Positions 18,958 through 29,365 of a stretch of DNA of 57,952 nucleotides are shown piece after piece; positions within the stretch are counted from its first letter, which is position 1; every line of letters starts with the position of its first letter. Both the position numbers and the translations under genes were made by a program. A model generated the notes under the pieces. It worked only from the letters and a program-made list of their open reading frames with translations, was not told where the DNA came from and ran no database searches. The DNA is from a virus. Its lineage: Duplodnaviria; Caudoviricetes. Location: positions 1 to 57,952 of IMG/VR virus record IMGVR_UViG_3300046791_000121; one strand, written 5' to 3'.

Positions 18958-21435
18958 AGGTCAACGGGGTCGAGGTCACGCGAGAGACCGTGCAGGAGCA
19001 GGAGGGCCGCATGTTCTCACGTGTCGCGCTCCTGCGCGATGGCGTCTACCTGGAGGACGCGATGAACGACCAGGACAAGCAACAGACCGCATCGTCGATC
19101 TTCGGCAACGCCCTCCCGCCGGTGCAACGCCCAGGGGAGCTAGGCTCCTCATACGCCATGCGTCTCAAACGCGAGAAGGTCGAGGACGACATCTTCCATG
19201 GGTGCGCGGCCGGTCCATCCAGCGAGCAGGGGCCGTGGATTCAGATCAAAACGCCGCCCGAGAACTTCGTCGCCTTCTTCCAGGCAGCCCTCGGGTTGCC
19301 TGCACAGTTTGAGCGCGACGGGGACTTCCGGGTAGCCTACGCGCATTGGGCGACGGACGTCGCCGACCCATCCATCAAGGCCATCACGTTTCGCGCAGCC
19401 GAGGACGGCCGGTACTTGGTGATTGAGGTCGAGCGCCGATGAAGATTGCCGTCAAGTCTGATCACGGGACGGTCTTGTACGGGCCGGAGAGCGTCATTGC
19501 CGTCGTGCTGACCCGGAAGGACCGCGAGAACATCGCGAACATGCTGCCCGAGGCGACCGTCTATTGCACCTTCCCCGATGACCCAGCGCCAGACCGGGAA
19601 GCAATCAGCGACTGGCTGCAGACGCTCAAGGACACCCAGTGACCCCGGCCGACTCCATCGCCGCCGCCGTCTACCAGTACAAGGTCCGCATGGACCTCGT
19701 CGGCACGCTGATCGGTCTCGGCCTCGTCGGCCTGTGCGCCCTCACGGCGTGGCTCGCCTCCCGCGTCTCGTTCAGGCGGCCGACATGAGCATGCTGTCCG
19801 ATTCAACGTATGAGGTCGAGATTCGGAAGTGGATGAGGAAGCATCGCCCGCGCGCCTGCCCTGGGTGCGGTGATGACGACGAGTTGCTGTCCACGCTCAG
19901 CCGCGACGGAGTATGGAAGACCTGGAGATGTCTGTCCTGCAACACATGGTGGAGGGTCAAGGCCGATGCCAAGCCGCCGATGGTGGAATAGGTTGCTCGA
20001 CTGGCTCGTGGGGCGCGAGGACGAGGTCGCGTATAAGCCGAGGGTCATCCGCAAGGCCCTGTTTCGCGACGGGCCGATCGGAGGCCAGTGGCTCGAAGTC
20101 AATCCCGCTGCTCGCCGCTACAACATCCCGGTCGATGCGGACTGCATGATGATCGCCGAGTACGAGCGCAGCACCGATGGGTCGTTCTTCTTCGTCAGGA
20201 CCAGGAAGGCGTGGCTTGAGGCGCGGGACGAGGCGATCCGATGACGGCCGTCCCCAACCGTATGCGTCTCGTCCGCATCAAGATCGCCTTCCAACTACTG
20301 GAGCAGATTCTCAAGGGCGGCATGATGCGTGCCGGAGAGCGCGTCGAGACCGACCTGCCAGCCGACGCCGAGATCATCCGCATCAATCCGGAGACATGGA
20401 GCTATCCGGACGTCCTGGAGGTCGTCGTCCGCAGCGCCGAGTTCGACGAGGTCGAGTCGGGGAACATCATCCCGCTACGCGACGTGCAGATGAGGCGGAT
20501 CACCCTATGACCAGAACTACCTGCCTCAAGAAGATGCGGCGCCTGCTGCCATCGATCGCTAGGCGCGAGGCCTATGCCGAGAGGGTCTCGGGACGGTGCG
20601 AGGTTGGCTGGGACCTGAAGACCGAACGAGGCGACGTCGGCCGTCGCGAACGCCATGCACTGGCAAGAACCGATAGCTGGGAAGAGTCGTATCGCAGGGC
20701 GCAGCGAGCAGTCGGAAAGTAGGCAATCGGCACACAGGTGGGGGGCCGCAGGAGGCGCTGGTTGTCATGGAACGGATGGTGTCCGAAGTGCAGGCGGTGG
20801 GGCCACAACTCGGCGGATTGCAAACGCAAGCCGGCGACTCCGGGTGCGACGATCGAGACTCCGTCACACAACGGCGTCTACCAGGGCCAGCGGCGTCCGA
20901 TCGCGATCCCGGCGCGAGGATTGTTCATACGTAGGAAGAAGAGCATTCGCTGACGCAGACATTCCAAACGGGGGCCGAAGATGAAGAAGAGCGCCAAGAA
21001 GAAGGCTGACAAGCAGGTCAAAGGCTACTGGGTGCCGCCTCAGGCGAAGCCGCCGAAGGTCCTCCATGTGATCCTCAGCCTTGAAGGCCAGATCATGGGC
21101 TCGTTCAAGTCCAGCCCCGCAGCGCAAGCATTTGCCTTCGCTCACGAACTGGTGGCGATTTACGTGCTCGACAAGTCCGAGCGTGTGCTCCGAGGCCTTC
21201 GCAAGCCATGAGGCTCCATCTGTGGGAAGAGGTCTGTCGGCTGTACCACTCCGACTTGGCCAAGCGCGTCTTTCCATATCCCGGCAGGAGATCGCGGCGG
21301 GGCCTAATGATCAGGAACAAGGACGTGCCTCTCTGCTCGTGTGGGGCGCTCAACCTCGTTGAAGTATTCGGTCACCTGTGGTGTCCGCGATGGCGTCCAT
21401 GGAGTTTCTGGCGCCACCGAGCCAGGGCAGAATAA
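18954..21435 (+). other. Cluster of about 10 small hypothetical ORFs between TerL and portal
   Basis: ORFs ending 19442, 19642, 19787, 19991, 20244, 20510, 20722, 20953, 21211 and 21435, many coupled; some Zn-ribbons. Confidence 0.7.
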
Positions 21436-21477
21436 GTCCTTGGAAGTGCGGCCCGGTTTCTGATATGCACTGGCCGC

Positions 21478-23733
21478 GTGGCGAAACGGACGTCGTCTTC
21501 ACCCGCGCGGATGTCTTACGAGGACTGCCTCAAGTCCTGCCGCTCCGCTGATCGGCGCGTAAAGAAGTCGATCGAATCGACTGCGCTCGCACCCGCGGGC
21601 CGCAAGCGCGCGTTCACCATGGTCCCGTCCTGGGTCATGGGCCACCCCTCGCAGTTGCCTGCGCAAAGCCTCGACTATCCCTTCGCGTACATGATGGTCC
21701 CGGATGTCTACGCCTGCGTCACGATCATCCGCGAGGAGATCGGCAAGCTGCCGCTCAAGTTCTACATCGAGAACTCGGACCGATCGCGGCGCGACGAGAT
21801 CGAGCGCCTTCCGGGGACCATCACCGATCTTTGGTCTAAGGCCAACGGCCACCAGACCGACTTCGAGATCAAGGAAGAAATTTCCGCTGGCATGGAGATT
21901 TGGGGCAACTCATACCTCTTCACCGACAAGATGGGCACGGGCAAGCCGGTCGAGCTATACGTGCTCCCCGGCAATCAGGTGCGTCCGGTGCTGGGCCCCA
22001 CCGGAGCGGCACGCGCATTCGAGTACTGGATCGGCACCGCGCAGCGCGTGCTCATCCCGGCGGACCAGGTCATCTGGTTCAAGAACTACACGCCGAACAT
22101 GGACAACACCGGTCTCGGCATCTCGACTGTCGGTGTCGGCCGCATCGCCTGGGAGACGCAGTACAACGCATCGCGCTGGCAGAACGAGTTCTTCAAGAAG
22201 GGCGCGGTTGCGGCCGGGTACTACTCGACCAAGGACGCGCTCTCAGATGAGGACCGCGAGGCCCTGATCAACGATCTGAAGAAGCAGGCGCAAGGCGTCG
22301 AGCGGTCATGGGATCCCGTCCTCCTTATGAGCGGGCTCGAGTTCCAGCGAGCGGGCCTGACTCAGCAGGAGATGGACTACGGCGGCGCGGCCGAGCGGAC
22401 GACCGAGCAAATCCTCCGCATCTTCCGCATCCCGCCGACGGTCTTCGGAATCAAGCGCGGCGGCGCCCTAGGCTCAGACGGTGCCGACGTTGACTGGCTG
22501 ATGTACTACGAACAGTGCATCAAGCCGCGCACCGAGCGCATCGAGCGGATGCTCAACGAGTTCCTGTGTCCGCAGTTCGGGCCGCGCGTGGTCGCCGAGT
22601 TCGACTTCACCGGAATCCTTCCCTACCAGGAAGTCTTTCTGACGCAGGTGAAGGCCTACTCAGAGGCGACAGGCGCACCGATCCTCACGGTCGAAGAGGC
22701 GCGCATGCGCATGGGCCTGCCCGCCGAGCCCCAAGATGGCGAGTTGCTGGTGCCGTACACACTGTCCCCGGCGAGCGAGGTGCCGCAGCAGTTGCCTGCG
22801 GCGGACGCGGCGCCAGGGGGACCCGACAAGGCAGACGGCACCAGCGACCCGGCTCAGCAGGAGAGTCGCAATCGCATGCGAAAACTGGCGAACCGCGATC
22901 TGCAACGCCATGAGCGCATGTTCCGCAGGGGCCTCGCTCCCTATTTCCAGCGGCAGGAGCAGCGCGTGGTCGAGCGGCTGCGCGAGCAAGGCGTCCGAGA
23001 TTTCCAGCGCGTCATCGATCTGGACCAACTCCTTGAAGATGCCGAGGGCGACCGCGAGCTAATCCGCAACCTGATCCGTGCCATCGTCGACGAGCGTGGC
23101 GCTGAGGTCGTTGAGGAGCTAGCACCCGAGGTCGCCTTCAGCGTTTTCAACGAGCGCGCCGACCAGTTCATCCGGAACAAGGCCGCGCGCATGGTGACGA
23201 TGGTCAACAACACCACCAGGGCGAAGTTGCGCGACGCGCTCGGTGATGGGCTCGCGAACGATGAAGGCCTCAACGAACTCGTCGCGCGCGTGCGAGAGGT
23301 TTACGGAGACCGCAGGATTGGGGGCGCGGCGGTGATTGCGCGCACAGAGACCGCTGCCGCATACAACTTCGCGACGAACGAGGGCTACGAAGTCAGCGGC
23401 ATCGACGGCAAGGAATGGCTCTCGGCTCACGATGACGCGGTGCGGGATGCGCATGCGGAGGCCGATGGTCAGGTGGTCACCGTGGACGACACGTTCACCC
23501 TCACGGACGACAACGGGCAGGTGTGGGAGGCAGAGTACCCTGGGGCGCCATCGCTGCCTCCGGACCTCGCCGCCAACTGTCGCTGCACCATGCTGCCGGT
23601 GATCAACGCGAGGAGTCGCAAGCGGAAGCGTAGGCAGTCAGTCGAAGAACTCTTGAACGGCAGGCCGCACGTTAATGGTAACGGCAAGGTCCGCGTGAAG
23701 AACGGCGTCACTCTGGAGGAGCTACTGAAATGA
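21478..23733 (+). CDS. HK97-type portal fused to a MuF (SPP1 gp7-like) minor head domain
   Basis: Portal motifs VYACV...GKLPL, WGNSY, FRIPP; MuF motifs IARTETAAAYN, KEWLSAHD..VRDAH...DGQ, NCRCT. Confidence 0.92.
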   Translation: MAKRTSSSPARMSYEDCLKSCRSADRRVKKSIESTALAPAGRKRAFTMVPSWVMGHPSQLPAQSLDYPFAYMMVPDVYACVTIIREEIGKLPLKFYIENSDRSRRDEIERLPGTITDLWSKANGHQTDFEIKEEISAGMEIWGNSYLFTDKMGTGKPVELYVLPGNQVRPVLGPTGAARAFEYWIGTAQRVLIPADQVIWFKNYTPNMDNTGLGISTVGVGRIAWETQYNASRWQNEFFKKGAVAAGYYSTKDALSDEDREALINDLKKQAQGVERSWDPVLLMSGLEFQRAGLTQQEMDYGGAAERTTEQILRIFRIPPTVFGIKRGGALGSDGADVDWLMYYEQCIKPRTERIERMLNEFLCPQFGPRVVAEFDFTGILPYQEVFLTQVKAYSEATGAPILTVEEARMRMGLPAEPQDGELLVPYTLSPASEVPQQLPAADAAPGGPDKADGTSDPAQQESRNRMRKLANRDLQRHERMFRRGLAPYFQRQEQRVVERLREQGVRDFQRVIDLDQLLEDAEGDRELIRNLIRAIVDERGAEVVEELAPEVAFSVFNERADQFIRNKAARMVTMVNNTTRAKLRDALGDGLANDEGLNELVARVREVYGDRRIGGAAVIARTETAAAYNFATNEGYEVSGIDGKEWLSAHDDAVRDAHAEADGQVVTVDDTFTLTDDNGQVWEAEYPGAPSLPPDLAANCRCTMLPVINARSRKRKRRQSVEELLNGRPHVNGNGKVRVKNGVTLEELLK

Positions 23734-24038
23734 CCCCGCTGACCAGCATTCAGAGCCCTGGGACCGGTGGATACCTGGAAGTCCTGAGCCAACTCAGCCG
23801 CATGAAGTTCAACGTACTGGCCGGGACGACGGCGAACACGAACATCGCGGTGTCGGGCATTGCGACGGACGACGTCCTCATGTTCTGCCTGCGGCTCGAC
23901 CGCGATGCGACGGCGGCCAACATCACCATGGCGGATGTCACGGCGGAAGTCGCGATCACGTCGGCTGGCAACGTCCAGCTATCGACGACCAACACCACGG
24001 GCGATTCGCTGCTGCTCATCTGGTGCGACAAGCAGTAA
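23730..24038 (+). CDS. Small beta-rich virion/decoration-like protein
   Basis: Thr/Ala-rich beta pattern; located in head module. Confidence 0.55.
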   Translation: MTPLTSIQSPGTGGYLEVLSQLSRMKFNVLAGTTANTNIAVSGIATDDVLMFCLRLDRDATAANITMADVTAEVAITSAGNVQLSTTNTTGDSLLLIWCDKQ

Positions 24039-24221
24039 ATGCACAACGACCTGGGTCACCGCATTCCGGGCTCGCCGGTGCCGACCGGTCGCATGAGGTC
24101 CAATCTGTTGACCTGCCCGGAGTGCAAGCACCAGTTCGTCGCCGTCGCGAATGTTCTCAAGCAGGCCTGTCCCAACTGTAGGACGGAGATGCGAGTCAGG
24201 CCGATGGAGGTGCAGCGATGA
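24039..24221 (+). CDS. Zn-ribbon protein
   Basis: CPECK...CPNC. Confidence 0.65.
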   Translation: MHNDLGHRIPGSPVPTGRMRSNLLTCPECKHQFVAVANVLKQACPNCRTEMRVRPMEVQR

Positions 24222-25309
24222 AGTCGTTCATTGCGAGGCGCGCTGCCGATACGGTCAACGGCCTCGATCTTGATCCGGCTCGCGGCGTGGACGGTTCACG
24301 CGGAGCGCGGGTGCTGGCGGAGCGGTACATCGGAAAGATTCGCGCGATCGCTCGCAACAACGAACTCCAGTCGGACGAGGTCCATGTTCGCGGGATGTGG
24401 CTCTGCAACAGCGAGCGCGACTACTACATGAGTCGCTTCACGCTGTCGGCGTTGGACGAGATCGCCGAGATGTTGCCGGGACGCCCGGTGATGGTCGGCC
24501 ACGACTACAGCCAGGCCCCGGTGGGCCGCTTCTTCGCGGCCGAGCGCGTGTTCCGCGACGACCTGCAACGGCCCAAGCGCGACAACTACTGGGTCAAGGG
24601 GCTGTTCTACACGCTCGCACGAGACGAAGAGGGCGATGCGATCGCCCGAAGGATCGATGGCGGCATCTACCAGGAGGTGTCAGTCGGTTGGCGCTGCCTG
24701 AACGCCACCTGCGCTCTGTGCATGAACCCGATCAACGACCACAACCGCTGCCCGCACGTCCCTGGCGAGCTTTACGAGGAAGGACTCTGCGACTACGAGT
24801 TCTCGGATGTGACCACGGTGCTCGAAGGCTCGCTGGTGTTCGCTGGTGGACAGAAGGACACCAGCATGTTCACGCCTGATCCGGGCTCACGCATGCTAGG
24901 CGGCATCAAGAAGTCGCTGTCGCTCGACGAGTTCCTGGCGGCCGACGACCTCGAGGAGCCTGTGATCAAGGACCTCAAGCGCGGGTTCGTCGCAGGAGTG
25001 CCGGACTTCCAGTCGATCGTCAGCCTGCGACAGCTTCGCAACGAGGTGCAGACGGTGCTGTGTGCGCGCAGCCGATTCCAGGACGCCGACGCAGCCAAGC
25101 GTTGGGTCCGCGCCCACGAGTTCCGCGCGTCGATGATGGACGACAACGGCAATGACTACATCCGCTTCAAGCAATGGCCCGACACTGAAGTATCCGACGG
25201 GTCGGAGCGCTTCAAGGACATCGATGCAGGCGTGAAGGTGCGTCTGTGCAAGCGCCAGGACCCGAAGCGGGCGACCTCGCTGGAGGAGGTGTTCGCGACC
25301 GCCGAGTAA
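24218..25309 (+). CDS. Prohead maturation protease with extra C-terminal domain
   Basis: PVMVGHD (His), EVSVGW (Ser), EGSLVFAG; Cys cluster CALC...CPH; lies before the MCP genes. Confidence 0.85.
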   Translation: MKSFIARRAADTVNGLDLDPARGVDGSRGARVLAERYIGKIRAIARNNELQSDEVHVRGMWLCNSERDYYMSRFTLSALDEIAEMLPGRPVMVGHDYSQAPVGRFFAAERVFRDDLQRPKRDNYWVKGLFYTLARDEEGDAIARRIDGGIYQEVSVGWRCLNATCALCMNPINDHNRCPHVPGELYEEGLCDYEFSDVTTVLEGSLVFAGGQKDTSMFTPDPGSRMLGGIKKSLSLDEFLAADDLEEPVIKDLKRGFVAGVPDFQSIVSLRQLRNEVQTVLCARSRFQDADAAKRWVRAHEFRASMMDDNGNDYIRFKQWPDTEVSDGSERFKDIDAGVKVRLCKRQDPKRATSLEEVFATAE

Positions 25310-25376
25310 GACGCTGTCCCCGTCCACCGAAGGGCCGTACGCGACAAGCTAGCCCCAGCGAGAGGCGAACCGAGCT

Positions 25377-27026
25377 ATGGAGACGAAGGTCGAGAAGAGG
25401 ACGTTCGCGGAGGTCGGCGGCCTGCCGACCGACCGAAAGATCACGGCCGACGAGTTGGTGGCCAAGGTCAACGAGATTCACGAGCGCATCGCGTATTTGT
25501 GCAAGCGCGACGGCACGGTCGATCCGGACATCCAGCGGCAGATGGCCGACGACATCAAGACGATGCAGGCGCAACTCGTCGAGACCGACAAGATCGCCAA
25601 GGCGGCTGGTCGCAGTGGTGGTGCGACGGACTTCGACGCGATGGAGCCGCTGCTGCTTGCAGAGCACATCGTGCCGGACGAGAAACGTACCTCGCCAGCC
25701 TACTATGTGTTGGCGAGCCTGTCTCCGGACGAGCTTCGCTATGGAGCGGCCTATCGGTCGCTCGACAACTCTCCGGTGCAGCGAATCGCGCGGGCGGTCG
25801 AAAGCGTCAGCGAGCGAGCGATTCGCGACTTCCATCGCGCCAACGACCAACTCTACATCGCCGACCTGGTGATGACCGGAAACGGGCGCACGGCCTACGC
25901 ACGCTCATCGACCGACCCGGTCGAGCGCATGAAGCGTGGCTGCCCGAAGGCCTGGAAGGAGTGGGAACGAACGGTCGGCCAGTTCGAGCGACTCGGAATG
26001 ACGACCTCGACGGCGGCGGCGGGTGGCGCCTGGATTCCGACTCAGCTTTCACAGCGACTCGCGGAACTGATCCAGCCGGAGCTTCAGGTCGCAGGCCTGT
26101 TCGAGGTCGTGGACATGCCGAACAAAATCTTCGACTACCCGCTGTTCGGTGCCGACCCGGTGGCCTTCAAGGTGCCGGAAACGGGGTCGATTGGTCAGCA
26201 GGACATCGCAACCGCCAAGGTCACGTTCACCGCGACCAAGCTCGGCCTTCGCGTGGTCGCTAGCACCGAAGTCATCGAAGACGCGGCGATCGCACTGGAG
26301 CCGCGCATCATGCAGAAGATCGCAGCAGGAACTGGGCGCGGCATCGAGGACTCGATCATCAACGGTGACTCGCTGATCACGGCTGGCGGTACCGGAGCGC
26401 AGGACTTCGACCTCCAGCAGGCCCAGAACTCAGGCTACGCGACCGACCGTCGTGGCTCGTGGGACGGCCTGCGGAAGTTCTCGTTGGTGTCCGGAATGCC
26501 GAACAAGGACATCTCGACCTTCAACATCGAGAACCTTCTCGGAATCCGCGCGGCGATGAAGGGCGGCTCCGGCGGCAACATGTTCGGCCTGTTCGCGCGC
26601 GATCTGGTGTGGCTGGTCAACCTCGTCGGCTACATCAAGATTCTCACGCTCTCCCAGGCGTCACAGGCGTCGGCGGTGCTGACGATCGAGAAGTATGGCC
26701 CCGGCGCCACGATCATGACGGGCGAAGTCGCCCAGATCGCAGGCTCTCCGGTCATCCTGTCGGAGTTCGTCCGCGACGACGTCGCATCGACCGGCGTCAA
26801 TACCACGGGCGGTCCGAACACCCTCTCGACACTTCAACTCTTCAACAGGACCGCCTTCGCTCTTGGGCGTCGGCGCGACATCACGGTCCAGCGTTCGAGC
26901 GAACATCGCTTCGACACGGACGAGATCGAGTACACGGGAACGTGGCGTGGCCACTGGCGCGACCTGTACCCCGTCGGTGCGGGCTCAGCCAATCGGTCGG
27001 TTGGCGTCGGCCGCAACTTCTCGTAA
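25377..27026 (+). CDS. Major capsid protein 1 (HK97 fold, long N-terminal delta/scaffold region)
   Basis: GGAWIPTQLS, VTFTATKL, EDSIINGD, IAGSPVILSEFV; ends GVGRNFS. Confidence 0.92.
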   Translation: METKVEKRTFAEVGGLPTDRKITADELVAKVNEIHERIAYLCKRDGTVDPDIQRQMADDIKTMQAQLVETDKIAKAAGRSGGATDFDAMEPLLLAEHIVPDEKRTSPAYYVLASLSPDELRYGAAYRSLDNSPVQRIARAVESVSERAIRDFHRANDQLYIADLVMTGNGRTAYARSSTDPVERMKRGCPKAWKEWERTVGQFERLGMTTSTAAAGGAWIPTQLSQRLAELIQPELQVAGLFEVVDMPNKIFDYPLFGADPVAFKVPETGSIGQQDIATAKVTFTATKLGLRVVASTEVIEDAAIALEPRIMQKIAAGTGRGIEDSIINGDSLITAGGTGAQDFDLQQAQNSGYATDRRGSWDGLRKFSLVSGMPNKDISTFNIENLLGIRAAMKGGSGGNMFGLFARDLVWLVNLVGYIKILTLSQASQASAVLTIEKYGPGATIMTGEVAQIAGSPVILSEFVRDDVASTGVNTTGGPNTLSTLQLFNRTAFALGRRRDITVQRSSEHRFDTDEIEYTGTWRGHWRDLYPVGAGSANRSVGVGRNFS

Positions 27027-27040
27027 GTCATCACGGCAAC

Positions 27041-27064
27041 GGCGGGGGGCTTCGGCCCTCCGCC
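27041..27064 (+). terminator. GC-rich cUUCGg hairpin between the two capsid genes (attenuator/stability element; no U-tract)
   Basis: GGCGGGGGGC-TTCG-GCCCTCCGCC, 10-bp stem with one G-U pair. Confidence 0.7.
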
Positions 27065-27097
27065 ATACGCCTTCACCTCTCGGCCTTGGAGGGCCAG

Positions 27098-28780
27098 ATG
27101 ATCGAGCTTCTGGAGGAGCGCAACGCCTTGGAGAGCGTGTCCAAGCGCCTCCACGACCTGCGCGAGTTCTCCGACAAGGTCGCGGCTCGGGACGGCGGCA
27201 GCACTCCCGAAGAGCAACTCCAGATTCAAACGCGAGTAGCAGAGATTGCCGCCTTCTCGAAGCTCGCAATCGTCGAGCGACAACCCATCCAGGTGCGGAT
27301 GCCGCTGGTTTCGGACGATCCGCGCGATCGACTGATGCACAACCTGCTCCAGCTATCCGTCGAAGAGATGGAGGGCATGGACCGTGAGCCGATCGCGCGT
27401 GCACGTCGCAGTAGCTACGTCGCCGACCTACAGCGCGACTTGCAACAGACCAACGACGAACTCCTGGTGGCGAGCCTGCTCCTCGGGCGCGGCAGCAAGA
27501 TGGCCGAAATGCGCAGCCTCAAGCTGTGGCGTCATTGGGAGCGCCTTGTCGAGATGGTCAAGCGCGACATGGACACCGGGACTGCTGCCGAGGGCGGCAA
27601 CTGGGTGCCTTCGACCATGAGCAGCCGTCTCATGCAGTACGTTACGCCCGAGCTTGTCGTGGCGCGCCTCTTCGAGGTGTTCGACATGCCGTCGAAGACC
27701 TGGGAGCCACCGATCATCGACTTCGATCCGATCGCCAAGTTCACTCCGGAGAACGGCGCGATCCCCGCGACGGATGCCGGAGCCAACAAGGCAACGCTGA
27801 CCGCCGTGAAGCTCGCGGTGTTCATGCAGGGAGTTAGCTCAGAACTCGACGAGGACACGGCGATCGCTTTCGCCGAGACCTTCATTCGCGTTCTCGGGCG
27901 CTCCCTCGGGCGCGGTGAAGAGGATGCGATCATCAACGGCGACACGACTGTCGGAACTGGATCGGCCCAAGACACCGACATGCAGGCCAACGCTCCGACC
28001 ATCTCGACCACCGCGAACGGGACGACGACGCTGACGACCGGGGCCAACTTCTTCACCTCGGGGGTCAAGCAGGGAGACGTCGTCAGCGGTGGTACACCCG
28101 CTCCTCCGGCTGGCTGCACCGTGGTCAGCGTCGAGTCCGCGACCTCGCTGACCATGAGCGCGGCCATCACGGCGGGGGCCGAGGCCCAGAACCGCGTCTT
28201 CACCCGGACGTCGGCGGCGCTGCTGCTCCATGCCCGCAAGGCGTGGAATGGGCTGCGCAAAACGGCGCTCATCTCAGGCATGTCGAACGAAGACCTCGCG
28301 ACCTTCACTGACGCGACCTTGCCCAAGATTCCGAAGGCGATGGGGCGGTACGGGTCGAGCATGGGAGCGTGGATAGTCGGCCACAAGGGCTTCGGAAACT
28401 TCTTCATCAACAGAGCCTTGATGCCGAGCTTCCTGACACTCGATCAAATGGGTGGCAATCTCGGGGTGTTCATCCCCGGACAGATCGCCTCGTACTGCGG
28501 ACGCCCGGTCATCCTCTCGGACTTCGTACGCGAGGATGTCGCATCGACTGGCCTGGTGACCAACGCCGCCTCGAACACCTTCTCGTTCCTGCTCTTCGTC
28601 TGCCGCTCAGCGTTCCTGCGTGGTCGGCGTCGCGGAGTCGAGGTTCAGCGGACCATCCATCACCGCTTCGACACCGACGAGGTGAGCTATCGCGGCACCT
28701 GGCGCGGCATGTTCAAGGAACTGTTCTCCTCGACAGCGGCGGCCAATAAAATCGTCGGCATCGGAAGGAACTTCTCGTAG
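27098..28780 (+). CDS. Second HK97-fold capsid protein (paralogue of MCP1) with an inserted beta domain of about 70 aa
   Basis: ATG 27098 after GGAGGG; GGNWVPSTMS, LTAVKL, EDAIINGD, GRPVILSDFVREDVASTG, HRFDTDE, GTWRG; ends GIGRNFS. Confidence 0.9.
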   Translation: MIELLEERNALESVSKRLHDLREFSDKVAARDGGSTPEEQLQIQTRVAEIAAFSKLAIVERQPIQVRMPLVSDDPRDRLMHNLLQLSVEEMEGMDREPIARARRSSYVADLQRDLQQTNDELLVASLLLGRGSKMAEMRSLKLWRHWERLVEMVKRDMDTGTAAEGGNWVPSTMSSRLMQYVTPELVVARLFEVFDMPSKTWEPPIIDFDPIAKFTPENGAIPATDAGANKATLTAVKLAVFMQGVSSELDEDTAIAFAETFIRVLGRSLGRGEEDAIINGDTTVGTGSAQDTDMQANAPTISTTANGTTTLTTGANFFTSGVKQGDVVSGGTPAPPAGCTVVSVESATSLTMSAAITAGAEAQNRVFTRTSAALLLHARKAWNGLRKTALISGMSNEDLATFTDATLPKIPKAMGRYGSSMGAWIVGHKGFGNFFINRALMPSFLTLDQMGGNLGVFIPGQIASYCGRPVILSDFVREDVASTGLVTNAASNTFSFLLFVCRSAFLRGRRRGVEVQRTIHHRFDTDEVSYRGTWRGMFKELFSSTAAANKIVGIGRNFS

Positions 28781-28796
28781 CACCACAGGAGGCTGC

Positions 28797-29075
28797 ATGG
28801 CAAAGGTGAGATGGGCTGGGCCGACGAGGCTGATCGATGGCGACGAGGCCAGGAGCGCCTCGATCAACATGATGCCCGGCGACGTAGCGGATGTCTCAGA
28901 AGAGGCAGCCAGGCGGCTCGCTGGAATCGATGGCATCACGTGGCTGGATGCGCCTGCTCCAGCGAATACGGCACCTGTGCCGGCGGCGGACAAGGCTGCG
29001 ACCGATGCCGAGAAGGTGGCTAAGCCTGCGACAGTCAAGTCGGCCGTCAAGGACGCGACGGAGAAGGACGGGTAG
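28797..29075 (+). CDS. Small head-associated protein A
   Basis: AGGAGG RBS; MAKVRWAGP...PGDVADVSEEAARRL; position after the MCPs. Confidence 0.7.
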   Translation: MAKVRWAGPTRLIDGDEARSASINMMPGDVADVSEEAARRLAGIDGITWLDAPAPANTAPVPAADKAATDAEKVAKPATVKSAVKDATEKDG

Positions 29076-29078
29076 TCC

Positions 29079-29291
29079 ATGGGGATGATGAAGGTAAAGT
29101 ACGTGGGTCCAGGCGCGGCGGTGGTCTGCGACGGTGACAACGTGGGTACGATCGCGCTCGCTAGCGGAGAGGAGTGCGAGGTCCACGAGGATTGCGCAAA
29201 GCGACTCCGCACCGTCGATGGGTTCGTGATTGTCGAGGACGCCCCCGTAGCAGAGGCGGCCGTAGCGCCTGCAGCAGAAGAGACGACGTAG
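29079..29291 (+). CDS. Small head-associated protein B (paralogue of A)
   Basis: MKVKYVGP...SGEECEVHEDCAKRL..VDGF. Confidence 0.7.
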   Translation: MGMMKVKYVGPGAAVVCDGDNVGTIALASGEECEVHEDCAKRLRTVDGFVIVEDAPVAEAAVAPAAEETT

Positions 29292-29299
29292 CCGGGATT

Positions 29300-29365
29300 C
29301 GGCGGGCGGAAACCTGGAGGGATGGGTGCGGCCCCCACCAGTCAGGCGGAAGCCCGCCGTTCTTC
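29300..29365 (+). terminator. Long nested stem-loop after the head genes
   Basis: CGGCGGGC...GCCCGCCG outer stem with inner CCTG/CAGG and TGG/CCA pairs, followed by TTCTT. Confidence 0.5.

Noticed and set aside
21440-21477. Promoter upstream of portal
   Set aside because: TTGGAA is present but no convincing TAnnnT at the right spacing; not reported as a feature
26459-27097. 773-aa ORF or an MCP1-MCP2 fusion by -1 frameshift
   Set aside because: The upstream 213 codons are an off-frame shadow of MCP1, expected at high GC3; no slippery heptamer near the MCP1 stop; MCP2 has its own RBS and ATG at 27098
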